Source: Octopus sinensis (taxonomy: Eukaryota). Taken from it: DNA of 64,000 bases. Position numbers and translations under genes: made by a program. Shown in pieces: positions 41,056 to 55,870 of the stretch (its first letter is position 1; each line of letters starts with the position of its first letter). The stretch lies in assembly GCF_006345805.1 (NCBI RefSeq), contig NC_043021.1:26660001-26724000 (forward strand). The letters are read 5' to 3'. The notes under the pieces were generated by a model. That model saw only the letters and a list, made by a program, of their open reading frames with translations, had not been told where the DNA came from and made no database searches.

Positions 41056-41334
41056 GTGGAGTGTAAGCAACATTAATATATTGAACTAAATGCCTTGTAA
41101 TATTTAGTTCCAGCCCTTGGCATTCTCAATTTAAATCCTATAAAAACCATGTTTGTGTTGTTATTGTTGTTGTTGAAACAACTTATGGGTATTGAGATTT
41201 AATTTCACCCCCCCCCCTATTCTGGGTTGATGAAATACCTACCACTGAAACACTGGGGATCAATGGAATCAACTACCCCCTCCCCCAAATTTCAGGCCTT
41301 GTGTTTATAGTAGAAAGGATTATTATTATTTTTA

Positions 41335-41710
41335 CTTCTCAGAGCTTTCGGTCTTATTTACTTTGGTTAATTCTGTGAGAACGGACAGCAATCTGTTGTC
41401 AGAGGTCTCATAGGGTTGCTTTCTGCAAACTATAAGCTTCGGTACCTGAATGGTAACTTATCGTGGAAGACACTCAACACCCAAACACCTATCACAAAAT
41501 CCTAGCTGTCCCCTATAGAGCAGTTTTTTTAGCCTGCTCTGCCCTCATGTCAATTCCAATTTCTCCGACATATTTCTTGAAATTGGTGGTTAGTGCTCCA
41601 AGTGCCCCTGCAACCATTGGGATAGCAGTTATTCTCCTCATTGCCCACATTCTTGTAATTTAGTCTTTTAGTAATCTGTATTTTCCCATCACTTCCAGAT
41701 TATTATCATC
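41335..41710 (-). mobile_element. R4/Dong LINE 3' end
   Basis: Minus-strand KYRLLKD*ITRMW..TAIPMVAGALG..KKYVGEIG...KTAL*GTARIL. Confidence 0.7.
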
Positions 41711-41719
41711 ACCGTTATT

Positions 41720-42508
<789 letters not shown>

Positions 42509-42559
42509 TGAAATGGTTGTTTTTTTGTTTATTATGTTTAATGGCATAAAATATGTTGA

Positions 42560-42757
<198 letters not shown>

Positions 42758-44103
42758 TGACTATGTTACTCTACAGAGACATTATGTGTTGTTGTTGTTG
42801 TTTTTATGGTATCATTTGTAGCTGGAGAACATGCTCCATCATCATCATCATCATCATGATTGAACATCCATTTTTCATACTGGCATGGTTTGGATGCTTT
42901 GACAGGAGTTGGTAAGCCAGAGGGCTTCACTAGGCTCCAGTCATCTGTTTTGGCACAGTTTCTATGGCTAGATGCCCTTCCTAATGCCAACCACTTTACG
43001 GAATGTACTGGGTGCTTTTTACGTGGCACCAACTACTACAAATTATTGGTCTCCACAATTTTCTTTGTTGTACAATATCTTTTAGTTAAGTAATAGAATC
43101 CTTGTTCTAGTCATTCACCTTCATCATTTTACTTCATCTTTCCCTGGGTTTGATGGGTCATCATAGTTTAAGCTGTTTCTTATCAGGATCCTCATAAACT
43201 TCTCTCGAAGCCAGGTACCTGTACATGTTATTCAATGTGGGTTCCATGGCTGGATGCCCTTCCATTTTACAGTGTGGACTGGATGCATATTCTCTTGGTG
43301 CCAGCAAAGGAGAGACTCAGTGTGGAAACCATGGAAGGATAGGAGAGGAAGCAATGACAGTAGAAAAGGTCAGAAATGGGTAGATAAGGGTGGTGGTATA
43401 GGGGTGTTAGTGTAGAGAGTAGGCAATACCCAAGGGTATGTACATTGGTCAGGTGACCCAGGAGGAGGATAGAAGAGAGTTAGAGAGCCAGACAAGTCTT
43501 GAATGGAGCAGATGGTGGAAGGGGCCAGACTAGGCATATCCAACCTTGTTTAAAAAGCAGGACACATGAGACGTGGCTCATTATCAGGCACACTGCACTA
43601 CAAAAAATATTGAAGGTTTTGTTAGCAGCACCCCCGTGAATCACTGTTTGGCCATGATTAGGGCTAAATGGCAAGAATGTTCAGGGGTAGAATCAGTAGA
43701 GGAGTGATTTGGTAATAAGCAGAGGTGGACAAAGATAAGGGTAGGTGGTCATTGAGGTAAAAGTAAGAATTGGTATTGGGTGTCAATAGGGTTGGTCACA
43801 GAGGATTGAGAGTGCTGGCTATCAGTGTGGCAGTGGTAGGGAGGTTGAGTGTATTGGGGAGTGGGAGAGAAGTGGTGGGGGTGGTCCAGTGCGGAATGGG
43901 GGAAGTGAAGGGAAATGGATGATGCAGTTTGTGCAGGTGATGAAGAGATGAAAGATGTAACGGGGTAGATATGAATGAAGAGATGCGGAATCTTGGAGAT
44001 GGGTGGGTGGGTGAGTAATAGATGTGAGGCTGTAGAGCAAGTTTTTCTGAGAACAAATTTATGTGTGAGTATACACACACACACAAACACACACACACAC
44101 ACA

Positions 44104-44148
<45 letters not shown>

Positions 44149-44764
44149 TCATGGCTTTTAAACACTACCTTTGTGTTAAGTTACATTTTGTCATGGTCGG
44201 ACGGTTCTTTTATAGAAGCCATGGATCACAGATTCAGTACCTGTTCTGAATCTTCCATCATTGCCATCATCATCATCGCCACCATCATCATTGCCATCAT
44301 CATCATCATCATCATCATTATCATCATCATGTGTCCTTTTAGTGTATATCATTATTCCATTATTTTTAGTCTTTAATGACAAATAAGAATTGTGCAAAAG
44401 CTTTCTTGATCGTTAGCTGTATGTTAATTACTAATTATATGCTTTATGTCAAATGACTAATCATACAGGAGTTGTCCATATTACAATGTGACCATGTGTC
44501 ATGGATCAAATGTATTTGTGTGTGTATGTGTGTCACGGTCCAGATGATTTATGCCACATGCTTTTGATTATATTGTGTTGCTATAGAAACAAACAGGTCA
44601 TGAGTGCACACCTGCTCCCTCCCCCCCACCAGTGTTTTTCTTGTTTATGGTTTAGTCATCAGGTTTTAACCAGTAGCCATGACCTTCACTGTGAAATGGG
44701 TTGGGTTGTTATTTTTGTTGTTGATTGCAGGAAAAATATGAGTGGGAACTGAATTCCAGGGGGT

Positions 44765-44768
<4 letters not shown>

Positions 44769-44840
<72 letters not shown>
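44769..44840. repeat. (GA)n microsatellite
   Basis: Directly visible. Confidence 0.97.
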
Positions 44841-44844
<4 letters not shown>

Positions 44845-45124
44845 TGAATAGTTGTTATTGGAAGCATGTTAGAGATGAAGACTCATTACAGGTGATGAGA
44901 GAAAAAGAGGCAGGTGTATTGGATGGAGGGTGGGATGGGGATAGAAGTGGTATTTAATCCAATAGTTATGAGGAGCAGAAGCTGTTATAGTAGCGGTAGC
45001 ATAGGTAGAAAGAGGAGACAGTGTGTCTAAATGTGCCATCCTTTGTAAACTTTGTATGAAGAATCTAAGAATCTAAGAATTTACTTATTTATTTGTTTTT
45101 TGTCTCTCTTCTGAATTCTTGTAG

Positions 45125-45268
<144 letters not shown>

Positions 45269-45276
45269 TAATTTGT

Positions 45277-46215
45277 CATCATCATCATCATCATCATTTT
45301 CCTTGCTGGTCTGGGTTTGATAGTTTAACTGGAACTGGAGAACTACTCCCAGTTCCAGCCTGATTCGGCTTGTTTCTATGACTGGAGGAATATAACCACT
45401 CTGAGAGTGTAACGGGTGCCTTTTATGTGTCACCAGCACAGGTGCCTCTAACTTGTCACTGGCACAGGTGCCTTTTATGTGTCACCGGCACAGGTGCCTT
45501 TTATGTGTCACCGGCACAGGTGCCTCTAACTTGTCACTGGCACAGGTGCCTTTTATGTGTCACCAGCACAGGTGCCTCTAACCTGTTGCTAGCACAGGTG
45601 CCTTTTATGTGTCACCGGCACAGGTGCCTTTTATGTGTCACCGGCACAGGTGCCTCTAACTTGTCACTGGCACAGGTGCCTTTTATGTGTCACCAGCACA
45701 GGTGCCTCTAACCTGTTGCTAGCACAGGTGCCTTTTATGTGTCACCAGCACAGGTGCCTCTAACCTTCCACTGGCACAGGTGCCTTTTATGTGTCACCAG
45801 CCCAGGTGCCTCTAACTTGTCACTGGCACAGGTGCCTTTTATGTGTCACCAACACAGGTGCCTCTAACCTGTCACTGGTACACGTGCCTTTTATGTGTCA
45901 CCAGCACAGGTGCCTCTAACCTGTCACTGGCACAGGTGCCTTTTATGTGTCACCAGCTCTGACCCTGACTACAATGTCACTTAGCTCGACATGTCTTCTC
46001 AAGAACAGCAAATCACTAAAGGTCTCAATCTCTTGTCATCATCTCCATGAGACCCAACATCTGAAGATCGTGCTTCATCACCTCAACCCATGTCTTCCTG
46101 GGTCTATCTCTTCCACAGGTTCCCTCCACAGTTCTGCATTTCTTTATGCAGCTGTCCTTGTCTGTATGCATCACATGACCACACCAGTGCACGTCTCTCT
46201 CATGCACTCCACATC
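45277..46215 (-). mobile_element. 5'-truncated RTE-clade LINE: RT C-terminus, 3' UTR minisatellite and (GAT)n tail
   Basis: Minus-strand peptide HWCGHVMHTDKDSCIKKCRTVEGTCGRDRPRKTWVEVMKHDLQMLGL resembles the RTE ORF end; tail at 45277-45297. Confidence 0.8.
45414..45955. repeat. Minisatellite of 21 x 26-bp units of two types (A: GCACAGGTGCCTTTTATGTGTCACCR; B: GCACAGGTGCCTCTAACYTGTCACTG)
   Basis: Counted by eye: 12 A and 9 B units, with the A-A-B-A-B' block repeated twice. Confidence 0.95.
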
Positions 46216-46559
46216 GGATGCTTTGCTTTTCTGAAATGTTTCCTTTAATAATTATTCAGTGTCTCGTTTCCTACTCAATTAAGCATCATTATGATAATGA
46301 TGACTGTAATGCCAATGGCCATTGTCCTTGTCATTTTCGTTATTTATACCCTTCATTTATTATTCATTTAATTGCTCGTTAAAATGATGTACCAAAACAT
46401 TATTAATGCATGTACGTCTGTACTGTTCTGAGAAACAAATTCCATAAGTTTCCTCCTTCCGATTGGTCAGTAACTCCAAGCTCCACAGGAGAGTAAATAT
46501 TGAGTTTTGTTTCTCTCCATGCAAGAAGTTCCAACAAAGAAGTTCCCTGGAATAATGTT

Positions 46560-46880
46560 ATTTGACTGGGTGCATAGATCAGGGTGCATAGATGAGAGAT
46601 CAGGAACTCCTGCCAGGTTGAGTCACTGCTTCTCCCTCCAGTTATATGGCTGTGCCACAGGAAAGAACCACAAGACAGATTCTTTGAGTTGAGCCAGTTG
46701 GCAGGAGATCTTGGGGTAAATCAAGAATGAGATGGTTGGATTATATCCATAGACTCAGCTGCTCATGTTTGAGTATCCAGCCAGAAAGTCTAGTGACATT
46801 GCTTCTTCTAGGACCCTGTGGAGGGGTAGCCTGAGGACTCTACCCTCACAGGAATAGCAGGCAGAGAAGATGGATGGATG
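46560..46880 (+). mobile_element. Decayed RTE-like LINE 3' coding fragment
   Basis: Broken frames read DRVH..EIRNSCQVESLLL and GKSRMRWLDYIHRL, resembling the RTE C-terminal region. Confidence 0.45.
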
Positions 46881-48040
46881 GAAGCAAAGCCAGTCCATGT
46901 AGGGAAAAGGTAAATGGAGATGGCTGAGTGCAGCATTCAGGAGATCCCCCTTCCACGTCCTTTTACTGAGTGAAACTGAGTCACTTTGCTTTCAATGACT
47001 GAGCTTTCCCAGTTTTATGTGTTCCATAACTCATACTTGGAAGCAACATCAATGGGATACAAGACAGGATTTGTGCAGGGGAATGGTTTATCTCTCATCT
47101 GCTTAATGCTATGAGCACTACTAGGAATAAGACCTGTCTTTATCAGTCTTATTAGGGGGGGAAAATGGTGTTAGTATATTATTGCATTTTATTAAGCCAG
47201 AAAGAATTTGAAGTTAGAACAGGTGGGGAACAAAACTACTGTTAAGTACTTAATGTTTTTGCTTTATTCTTGCTCTCATGGAAAAATGGTTATTATATGA
47301 AAAATACTTAGACTTTGATGTTGACCTCAATGAAATAATAGTCACATCATTCCACATCAATTGATCATTGATCTACACATGCTACAGTGAACCTAGGTTT
47401 ACTGCACTTGGCAATTTATCTCAAGGTGAACAAAGCCAGCTTACTGCCTTTGTTATATTGAATTTTATCTTGGAATATTTTGTTATCAGTTGGACCCTAA
47501 AATCTACATTATTTAAATCATACCAAAGAAAGATGGGTGTTCAGAATAACAATTTTAAAAAAATATTTACAATACAATTTAAGGGACGAACTGTTGTTGA
47601 AACACACAGCCTTTGTTTCAGTTACTTTCAGAAATAATGAAGAATTATGTAAAATAACTTTGTCATTATTAAATTGGTGCTTGGAACATAAATCAACAGA
47701 AAATTTTGAAGGAAAGTTTTAATTTAGATCACTTTAAAATTAAATGTTTATATCATAGAAGCAGGGGCAGTCTCAGGTATCAAAAGGATTAAACTGGCTT
47801 TAATTGAGGCACTTTCCCAATACCCTGTGCCAACCTCTGTCTATTCAAATCCTATTTGTATTCTGTGGATGCTAAACTGGTGTTTGAAGCATAAAATAAC
47901 ATGAAATATTTTAATAAAAAAGTTTTTCATTTTGGTCTCCATAGAACAGGAAACTTATGTCAGAACCAGGGACAGCGTTGTGTCAGCTGGTATCGAAAAA
48001 GATTCATGTCTGCTTTCCAAGTGGATATGAGCGTCTCTAC

Positions 48041-48162
48041 AAGTAGTAGTAGTAGTGGTATTAGTAGTAGTGGTATTAGTAATAGTAGTTGTAGTGGTGG
48101 TGGTGGTGGTGGTGGTGGTAGTAGTAGTAGAAGTAGTGGTAGTAGTAGTAGTAGAAGTAGTG

Positions 48163-48200
<38 letters not shown>
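48041..48200. repeat. Compound (TAG)n/(TGG)n microsatellite
   Basis: Directly visible. Confidence 0.95.
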
Positions 48201-48201
<1 letters not shown>

Positions 48202-48689
48202 TGGGGGAATGTGCTGCATACACCATTTGTTGGTGATTCCCTACTACTCCTGGCACCTTTGTAGCTGTTACATTACTCAGGTTACAGTCCCTCAAGCCAT
48301 GGGTCTGTTTTGGGGCAGTCATTACTGGTGAGGGTTTTTATGAGGTCAGAGTGCAACTCCTACCTCAGCCTCATTTAGTCACCTTTTAGGCAGAGGAAAT
48401 GTTGGGTCTATTCTTTGACATGCCAGTCTCCACACAGCATCTCTCTCCAAATGGATCTATACACTCCCTTGTGTGGCCCCTGTTATAAAGACAGCAGAGC
48501 AAATATTTGAGGGTGATTTTGGCTGATATATTGGGAAGATAGTTCAAGCCATTGCACAGAAACTAGCTTTGGTTGTCTTGTTGGTGCACCTTTGCACGTG
48601 AGTGTATATGCAACTCCTTTGTTGTTCATAAGAAGTACCTGTTGTCATATTGTTATTTCTGTTGGATATCATTGATGAAATTGTTGTGA

Positions 48690-48854
<165 letters not shown>

Positions 48855-48929
48855 TAAAAGATTGTTTTCCCATGCTATTGTTCAGTTCAGTAGTAATCCT
48901 TCTCCATTTTATAGGTCTATGTACACGCG

Positions 48930-49034
<105 letters not shown>

Positions 49035-49808
49035 TTCTTAACCATGGAGCCATGCTTGCATCTACATATGAAAAAAATAGCTGAACAAAATAAAATTTGT
49101 TGGCAAAGACAACGTATTTCGTTTTGCAACCAGAATATTCTACCAAGTCCATTAATGGTTTACGAGTGAATATTGTGGCTTACTTTTGTGTCATCAGGGT
49201 AATGTTCTGATTTTTAAGTTTATCTCTTAAGATTTTTTATAGAATTCATGTCGTGGCTTTCAGTATTGTCTCTGAATTCTATTCAACGAAATAGATATGG
49301 AAGATCATTCTTTTCAGCTGAGACACTTAGGACGAAGCAAAAGGAATAAAGTAAGACAGGGTTTTTCGATGGTGATTGTAAGTGTTTCATCTGAAGTAAA
49401 ATGGAAGAGACAAAACAGAGATGTTTATGGGTGACAATGAGGGGGAAAAGCTCATTTTGGGTACTAACCCTTGAATGAAGCAGAATGGAAAGGGAGACTT
49501 GGAACATGGCCGAATTCAAATAGGAACAGAGCAGAGAGAAATTGTAGGAAACGAGAAAGATATTCCGGGATGGAAGAAGTTGGAGGCTGAGAAAAGGAAG
49601 GGAGAGACGAAAAAGGGAAAGGAGTAAGAGAGGAAATAAGGAAACCGGGGGGAGAAAGGAAAACTGAGAAAATATGTTTTGGGAGAAGATAAAAGTAGGC
49701 AACAGTGTTGGGTAGAAATGTGTGTTGGGTTACAATGAAGATAGAGAGTAACATTTGGAGGGAGAGAGAGAGAGAGAGAGATCATGTCAAATGAAGAGAA
49801 CAAATAAG

Positions 49809-49845
<37 letters not shown>

Positions 49846-49899
49846 TTATTTATTCATCTGATGACTCATACAAACGGTGAGATCCATCTTTCCCATTTG

Positions 49900-51800
49900 C
49901 TATTTTATGGCCAAGAAACGCAAACCCTGTGATTCATTCTACTTTGGAAGCCTCTAATTTTCTCACCAATTCTCTGCTGAGTGCCAACACCTTTTGTGCT
50001 TTGTGTAATTCATTTTTCATGCCTCATTTGTTATGCTTTTATTGATTTTGTGGCTATTTTTAGTTTTTTCAAGGATCATAGATTTTCAGGCTCCTAACAT
50101 CAACATATTTCATGTTTCTGGAGAAAGAATTGGTGAGTGCCAGACATTCATCCAAGACTTTCAGTTCTTTCATGACAAATTCCAGAACAAAAACGATGGT
50201 AGACAACATTATCTTAGACTTTATAAATTCTTCCAACCAAAATCTTTGCTGACCATCTCAGACAATGGCACACTTTGTGGTTCTTGTATTGTGACTCAAA
50301 TTGCTCTATCTTTACTCCTATGAATGTGGGCATTTTCCTTATGACCTTCTGCCAGATCATTTTAATGGCCACTTCATAAACCAAAGATGAAGTGTAAGGG
50401 CACTTGATGCTTTTTTATATACTTTCCAACAACCTGTCTGACTATAAAAATGGCATCAACTGTACCTCTATTAATTCTAAAACCAAACTGGCTCTCTTTC
50501 TTGTTGCTTCTTTGGTTTTCCTTGCTTTTCTGTTGACTGAGAATTCTATAAAACACTTTTGCTGCTATTGACAATAAAGAAATTGCCTTTTAATTTTTGC
50601 TTTGTCACCCTTTTCATAAATTGGGAAAAGAGGAGGTGTATGAGTCTGGAGTTTTGGAGTCCTTTTGCTTTCTCACGCTATCTTAAGCATTACCTCTAAC
50701 ATATTAACTATGAGCCCTCCTTCTGGTTTTTATACTTCTGTAGCACTGATGGCATCTATACTTGGGGATTTAGTATATTAAAAAAATCCTTTTTTTTTAT
50801 ATTTCTGTATGAACATCTGCCGCATGTCTTTGATACTGTGTCCTGACTGTGTAGGAATTTGATGTTAAGATATTTAAAATTATATTTTCAACATCCATTT
50901 TCATCTGTCTTGCCATCTTTAAGCTTTGATTGTCCTCTCTATTTTCTCTTCATTTTCCCTCCATTTCGTGGACTGACTTGAGAAGGTGGTTGTGCCTGTT
51001 GTTGTTCTTGAAGTCAGCTTCTAGTAAGTTATGTATTGTCTTGTAGGCTTTTTTGTTCTTTTGTATTTTCACTTCTTTGTTCAGTTTTTTTGTTCTTTTT
51101 TACCATTCAACTCTGACAATATCGTCTGGTTTGCTCAGCATTCCTTTGTTCACAGACTGTCTCCATTTCAGACTGAAAGGTTTCTTCTCTTATTTTATTT
51201 GTTGTTTCTTTAAAAAAAAAAACCTAGAAATATGCATAGACTTTGTCTCTGACATCCATCCCAAGCTGGAGCAAAATGCTTCAAGCACCTTCTCTCTACA
51301 TATTTTTCATATCATTTTGGCACTTTCTTTTTTTTTCTTTTGCATTTTTGCTCTAATTACAAAATTTGCTCAAAGGAGAAAGGGATCACACTCTATTCAG
51401 TGATGTAATCTTCTGTGTTTTTAGTTTTGGCTTCCATGATTCCTGGGTAATATCAGAAATAACGATGGGACAGTCTGCTATGCAAGGAACTAACTTAAGC
51501 CCTACTTGTCCTGCCTTTCTATCCTTAATGACCATTTCGACCTGTCCACTTGAATGGTTCCTCTGTTGAATATATTTTGGTAGATCCTCTTCTTCTCACA
51601 TATTTTCTACATTCAGCAGCCTCTTCTAATCAAACTTCTTTCTTCCCATCATCGTTAATCAGGGTAAACACACCACAGTCATTTTGGACACAAGTTACTT
51701 CAATCCCGGACACACTGCCCCCCCAACCCCACACCTCTGATCTCCTCCTGGCAGAACAATGCCAAGTCCCCTGTCTTGTGCTTCTCCTTGACCTATCTAC
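49900..51800 (-). mobile_element. Decayed RTE-clade LINE (RT remnant)
   Basis: The ORF at 50374-50574(-) reads SIAAKVFYRIL...ESQFGFRINRGTVDAIFIVRQ...PLHFIF, typical of RT domains 1-3 of RTE. The outer limits are approximate. Confidence 0.6.
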
Positions 51801-52435
51801 ACTTACCATCGAGTTTCTTCTCTCTTAGCCACTTGATATAGTTCTTTACTACCTCCTCCTCTCTTCCGAACTCTCCATGCCTCGCTTTTAGCCTTTATTG
51901 CTTTATCTGCAATGCTATTCCAGCACCATGGTACCTTACATCAGGTTGGTACCAAGCTCCAACCAGAGAACTGCTCTCCAGCTTTCAGCAGATTGTCTTG
52001 TAGAAACTTTCAGTTGTTTTCTCTGTTATAGAGGACAACTCCTCCCTCTCTTCCTCCTCCTCTTCCTCCTCATCTTCCTCCTCCTCCTCCTCCTCATCAT
52101 CATCATCATCATACACATCATCTAGAATAACCCTAAACATATTTAACAGAAGCATGTTTTCGTTTCCAGCTTTTCTTCCTTCTCCAGTCTGTCTCTTCTC
52201 TCTCAGTCTGTTCCTGGTCCTACTCTGAAGCCATTGACCGATGCTGAGTGTGACATTCTTCTCTGAGGAATATATAGGCGCAGGGGTGGCTGTGTGATAA
52301 GAAGCTTGCTTCCCAACCACATGGTTCCAGGTTCAGTCCCACTGTGTGGCACCTTGGGGGAAAGTGTCTTCTACTATACCCTCAGGCCGACCAAAGCCTT
52401 GTAAGTGGATTTGGTAGACACAAACTGAAAGAAGC

Positions 52436-52471
<36 letters not shown>

Positions 52472-54339
52472 AGGCTTCTTTCAGTTTCCATTTACCAAAT
52501 ACAATCACAAGGTTTCAGTCATCCCAGGGCTTTGTAATAGTAGAAACTTGCCCAAGGTGACATGCAGTGGGACTGAACCTGGAACCAAGTGGTTGGGAAA
52601 CAAACTATTTAAACACATATGTAAGCACACACACACACTAGCATATACACACAGACATGTGTATAGATATGTATGTATACATGCACCCAAGGTGGAGTGG
52701 ACCTTATTAAATGATTGGCATTAAGAAGGGCCCCTAGCTGTAGAAAGCATTTCCAAAGCAGACGTGGGAGCACAGTGCAATCGTTGGGTCTGTTGGATTC
52801 TGTGAAATCATCCGACCCATGCCAGCATGGAACATAAACTGTAAAGGATGATGATGATATATGTGTGTATGTTTCTCTCTCTCTTTGTATGTATGTATAT
52901 ATATATATAGATGTATGTGTGTAGTATACATTCACACACATCCAGACACACACATTCAGTTAATTCACAAGCCATTGTGATTAAACAATGTATTTTATAA
53001 AATCTCTTTGAATTTTGCTGAAAGTTAAATATTGTTGTTGTTATTATTATTATTATTCCCAATAGCCATTTCTTGTGGTTTGATAGTGTAGCTTGTATAG
53101 CTTTCACTGGAGCTATTTTATCATGTTACAATTAACTATTTTTCCTATTATAACAAATCTCTGTTTGCTGAACAATATTGCTAAAGATGGTAGTTTTGTG
53201 TACGTGTGTGTGTGTGTGTTTCACAAAAAGCCAACTTACTGCTTGGCCAGAAACGATATTTTTAGTGCCTTACAATTGAGACTTGTTGAACTAAAAACAG
53301 TTTTTATTTGACTAACCCATTGTCTCGTTTGACTTGTTTCCAGTGTACAGTTATGTTAATATTCACAAGTATTTGCTCAAAATCTGTCTGAAAAATTTCT
53401 AAGAAGAATACAATGAAACAATGATTTTCTTTTCTTCTGATTAAAAGCTTTTAGAAATTTTTTGAATTTAAATTAAAGAAATTGGAAAGTGTTACATATC
53501 GTGAGAAGAATAGAAAGTAAAGAATAATTGAAAGCTTTACAATTTCGAATGCAGCCAGTTCCAGTATTTCAAATAAAATTACCATATTTGTTAGCAAGCA
53601 TACTTTAAGAAGCACAGGTATCTATAGTTTCAGGTGTGGTAAGAAGTTTGGTACCAAACCACATGGTTCTGAGTTCAATCCCACTGTGTGGCACCTAGGA
53701 CGAATGTCTTCTGCTATACACTTGACCTGACCAAAGTCATGGTCTGAACCTGACACCATGTGGTTGGGAAACAAACTATTTAAACAGACATACATGCGAG
53801 CTAGCATATACATAGAGATACATGTGTACATATGTATGTATAAATGCACTCAACCCGAGGTGGAGAGGATCTTATTAAGTGGTTGGCATTAAGAAGCTGT
53901 AGAAACCATTTCCAAAGCAGATTTGGTAGATGGAAACTGAAAGAAGCCTTTTATGTGTGTGTGTGTGTGTGTTGCTGTCTCCTTGCCATGACCTCACATA
54001 ATAGTTGTAAACGAATATCACCATCATGCAAGAAGTATCTTTTACTCCCAATCTTCCTTGAAAACATGTCTGGCCATGGAGGGGAAATAGTGACCTCACT
54101 TGGAACCAGGTGAAGGTTGGCAACAGGAAGGGCGTCCAGCTGTAGAAAATCTGCCTTAAATTTCATCTGACCCATGCAAGCATGGAAAAGTGCTGCTGAT
54201 GATCTAAATGTAAAAACAAAACTAATGCCCCCACCCCTGTTGCAATAATGGACTCAACCTATTTTCACATCCTAATTCCTATGTAAGCAACAGTTTTACT
54301 CAGAGGGTGTTGAAGATTACGACACTTGTTGTACAATGG

Positions 54340-54408
<69 letters not shown>

Positions 54409-54637
54409 ATCTAAAGTTATATTGATTTTGTTCTTTTTGTAAGCAATATTGTATATTGCTAAGTGCCACAGTATTTCTATGGTATAGATGCAAGTGTGGA
54501 TGTGTGGTTATGAAGTTTGCTTCCCAGGCACAGGATTCTGAGTTCAACCCCAATATATGACACTCCTTGGGCAAGTGTATTCTATTATAGCCCTGGCCCA
54601 ACCTGTGTGGGGATTTGGTAGACAAACTAAAAAGAAG

Positions 54638-54680
<43 letters not shown>

Positions 54681-55870
54681 TACATATATATTATACATGT
54701 TTATGTGTGTGTGTTTGTGTGTGACTTGACGCCATGTGATAGTTGTAAATGTGTGTCACTGGTATAGAAGCAGTGTCATTCATTTTTGTGAGAACATATC
54801 TGGCTGTGGGGAGACATTACCTTGCTTGGGAACAGGTGAGGGGTTGGCAACAGTTAGGACATCCGACTATAGAAAATCTGCCCCAAATAAACTCCATCCG
54901 ACCCATGCAAGCATGGAAAAGCAGACGTTAAACCGATGATAATTTACAAACTGGTCATTGATGTTCCTCCCTTCTGCCGATCACTGCACCTCCCGCAGTT
55001 ATGTAAGCTAATTAATGACACTAATTAATGAGTTTAACCATAAAACCTCAGAGTGTTACAGAGTGTCATATTCTCGTTTTTTATCTGCCCGTTACCAACA
55101 CACACACTTTTCACCTAGTTACCCTCAACCAAACATCCTACCCCCATTCACTTGTCACCTTTACAGTGTTTATTGTTATTCCATGTAGTAACACTATCAT
55201 AGCAGTCCTTTGTACTAACTGTTGTCATTTCCAGTTGAGTAAAGCCGAACCTTTTGACCTGCAACACTTTGTTATTAAGTCTCGTCTCACTACCGGCCCA
55301 GCCTGAGCGCTTAACTCTTTTTCTTTTTTTTTTCATTCAAAATATCTATATATATACCTATATATATATAGTCTCTGCTCTCTTTTTATATATTTATTAG
55401 CAATGTACTTTCTTTATGCTTTACTTGGTAGCTTACTGATAGATTTCATAAATAGTTTAAAGTAAATAAATATTCTTTTATACAAGTAAAAAATACTTGC
55501 TCATGGCTCTGAGTGGGTGGGTGTGTGTGTCTGTGTGTCCATGTGTCTGTGTGCCCATGTGTGTGTCTATAGCAGCAACACATTAAATTCACTTCTATAC
55601 GATATTGCACTCAGTGACATTAATGCTCCAGTGTTCATTATTGTGAGCACCACAAATATCAGGTTCAATCCTAGCTAACAGCTGATTGGTTAATTATCAG
55701 AAGAAAAAAATTAAAAAAGAAAACTCATTATGTTATGATTATGATACCAAAAAGTTTTTGCTTTTATATAATAATTGAACCAGCTCAAAATAATGGCTAA
55801 TTTTCATTCATAATGTTATGGAATCTTTAGAATGGAAGTTTGTGTTGAATAACAAACATCCTGATATATA

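Noticed and set aside
45414-45955. CRISPR-like array (constant GCACAGGTGCC with alternating spacers)
   Set aside because: Eukaryotic intron, only two recurring spacer types, no cas genes, and the array lies in an RTE 3' UTR. It is a minisatellite.
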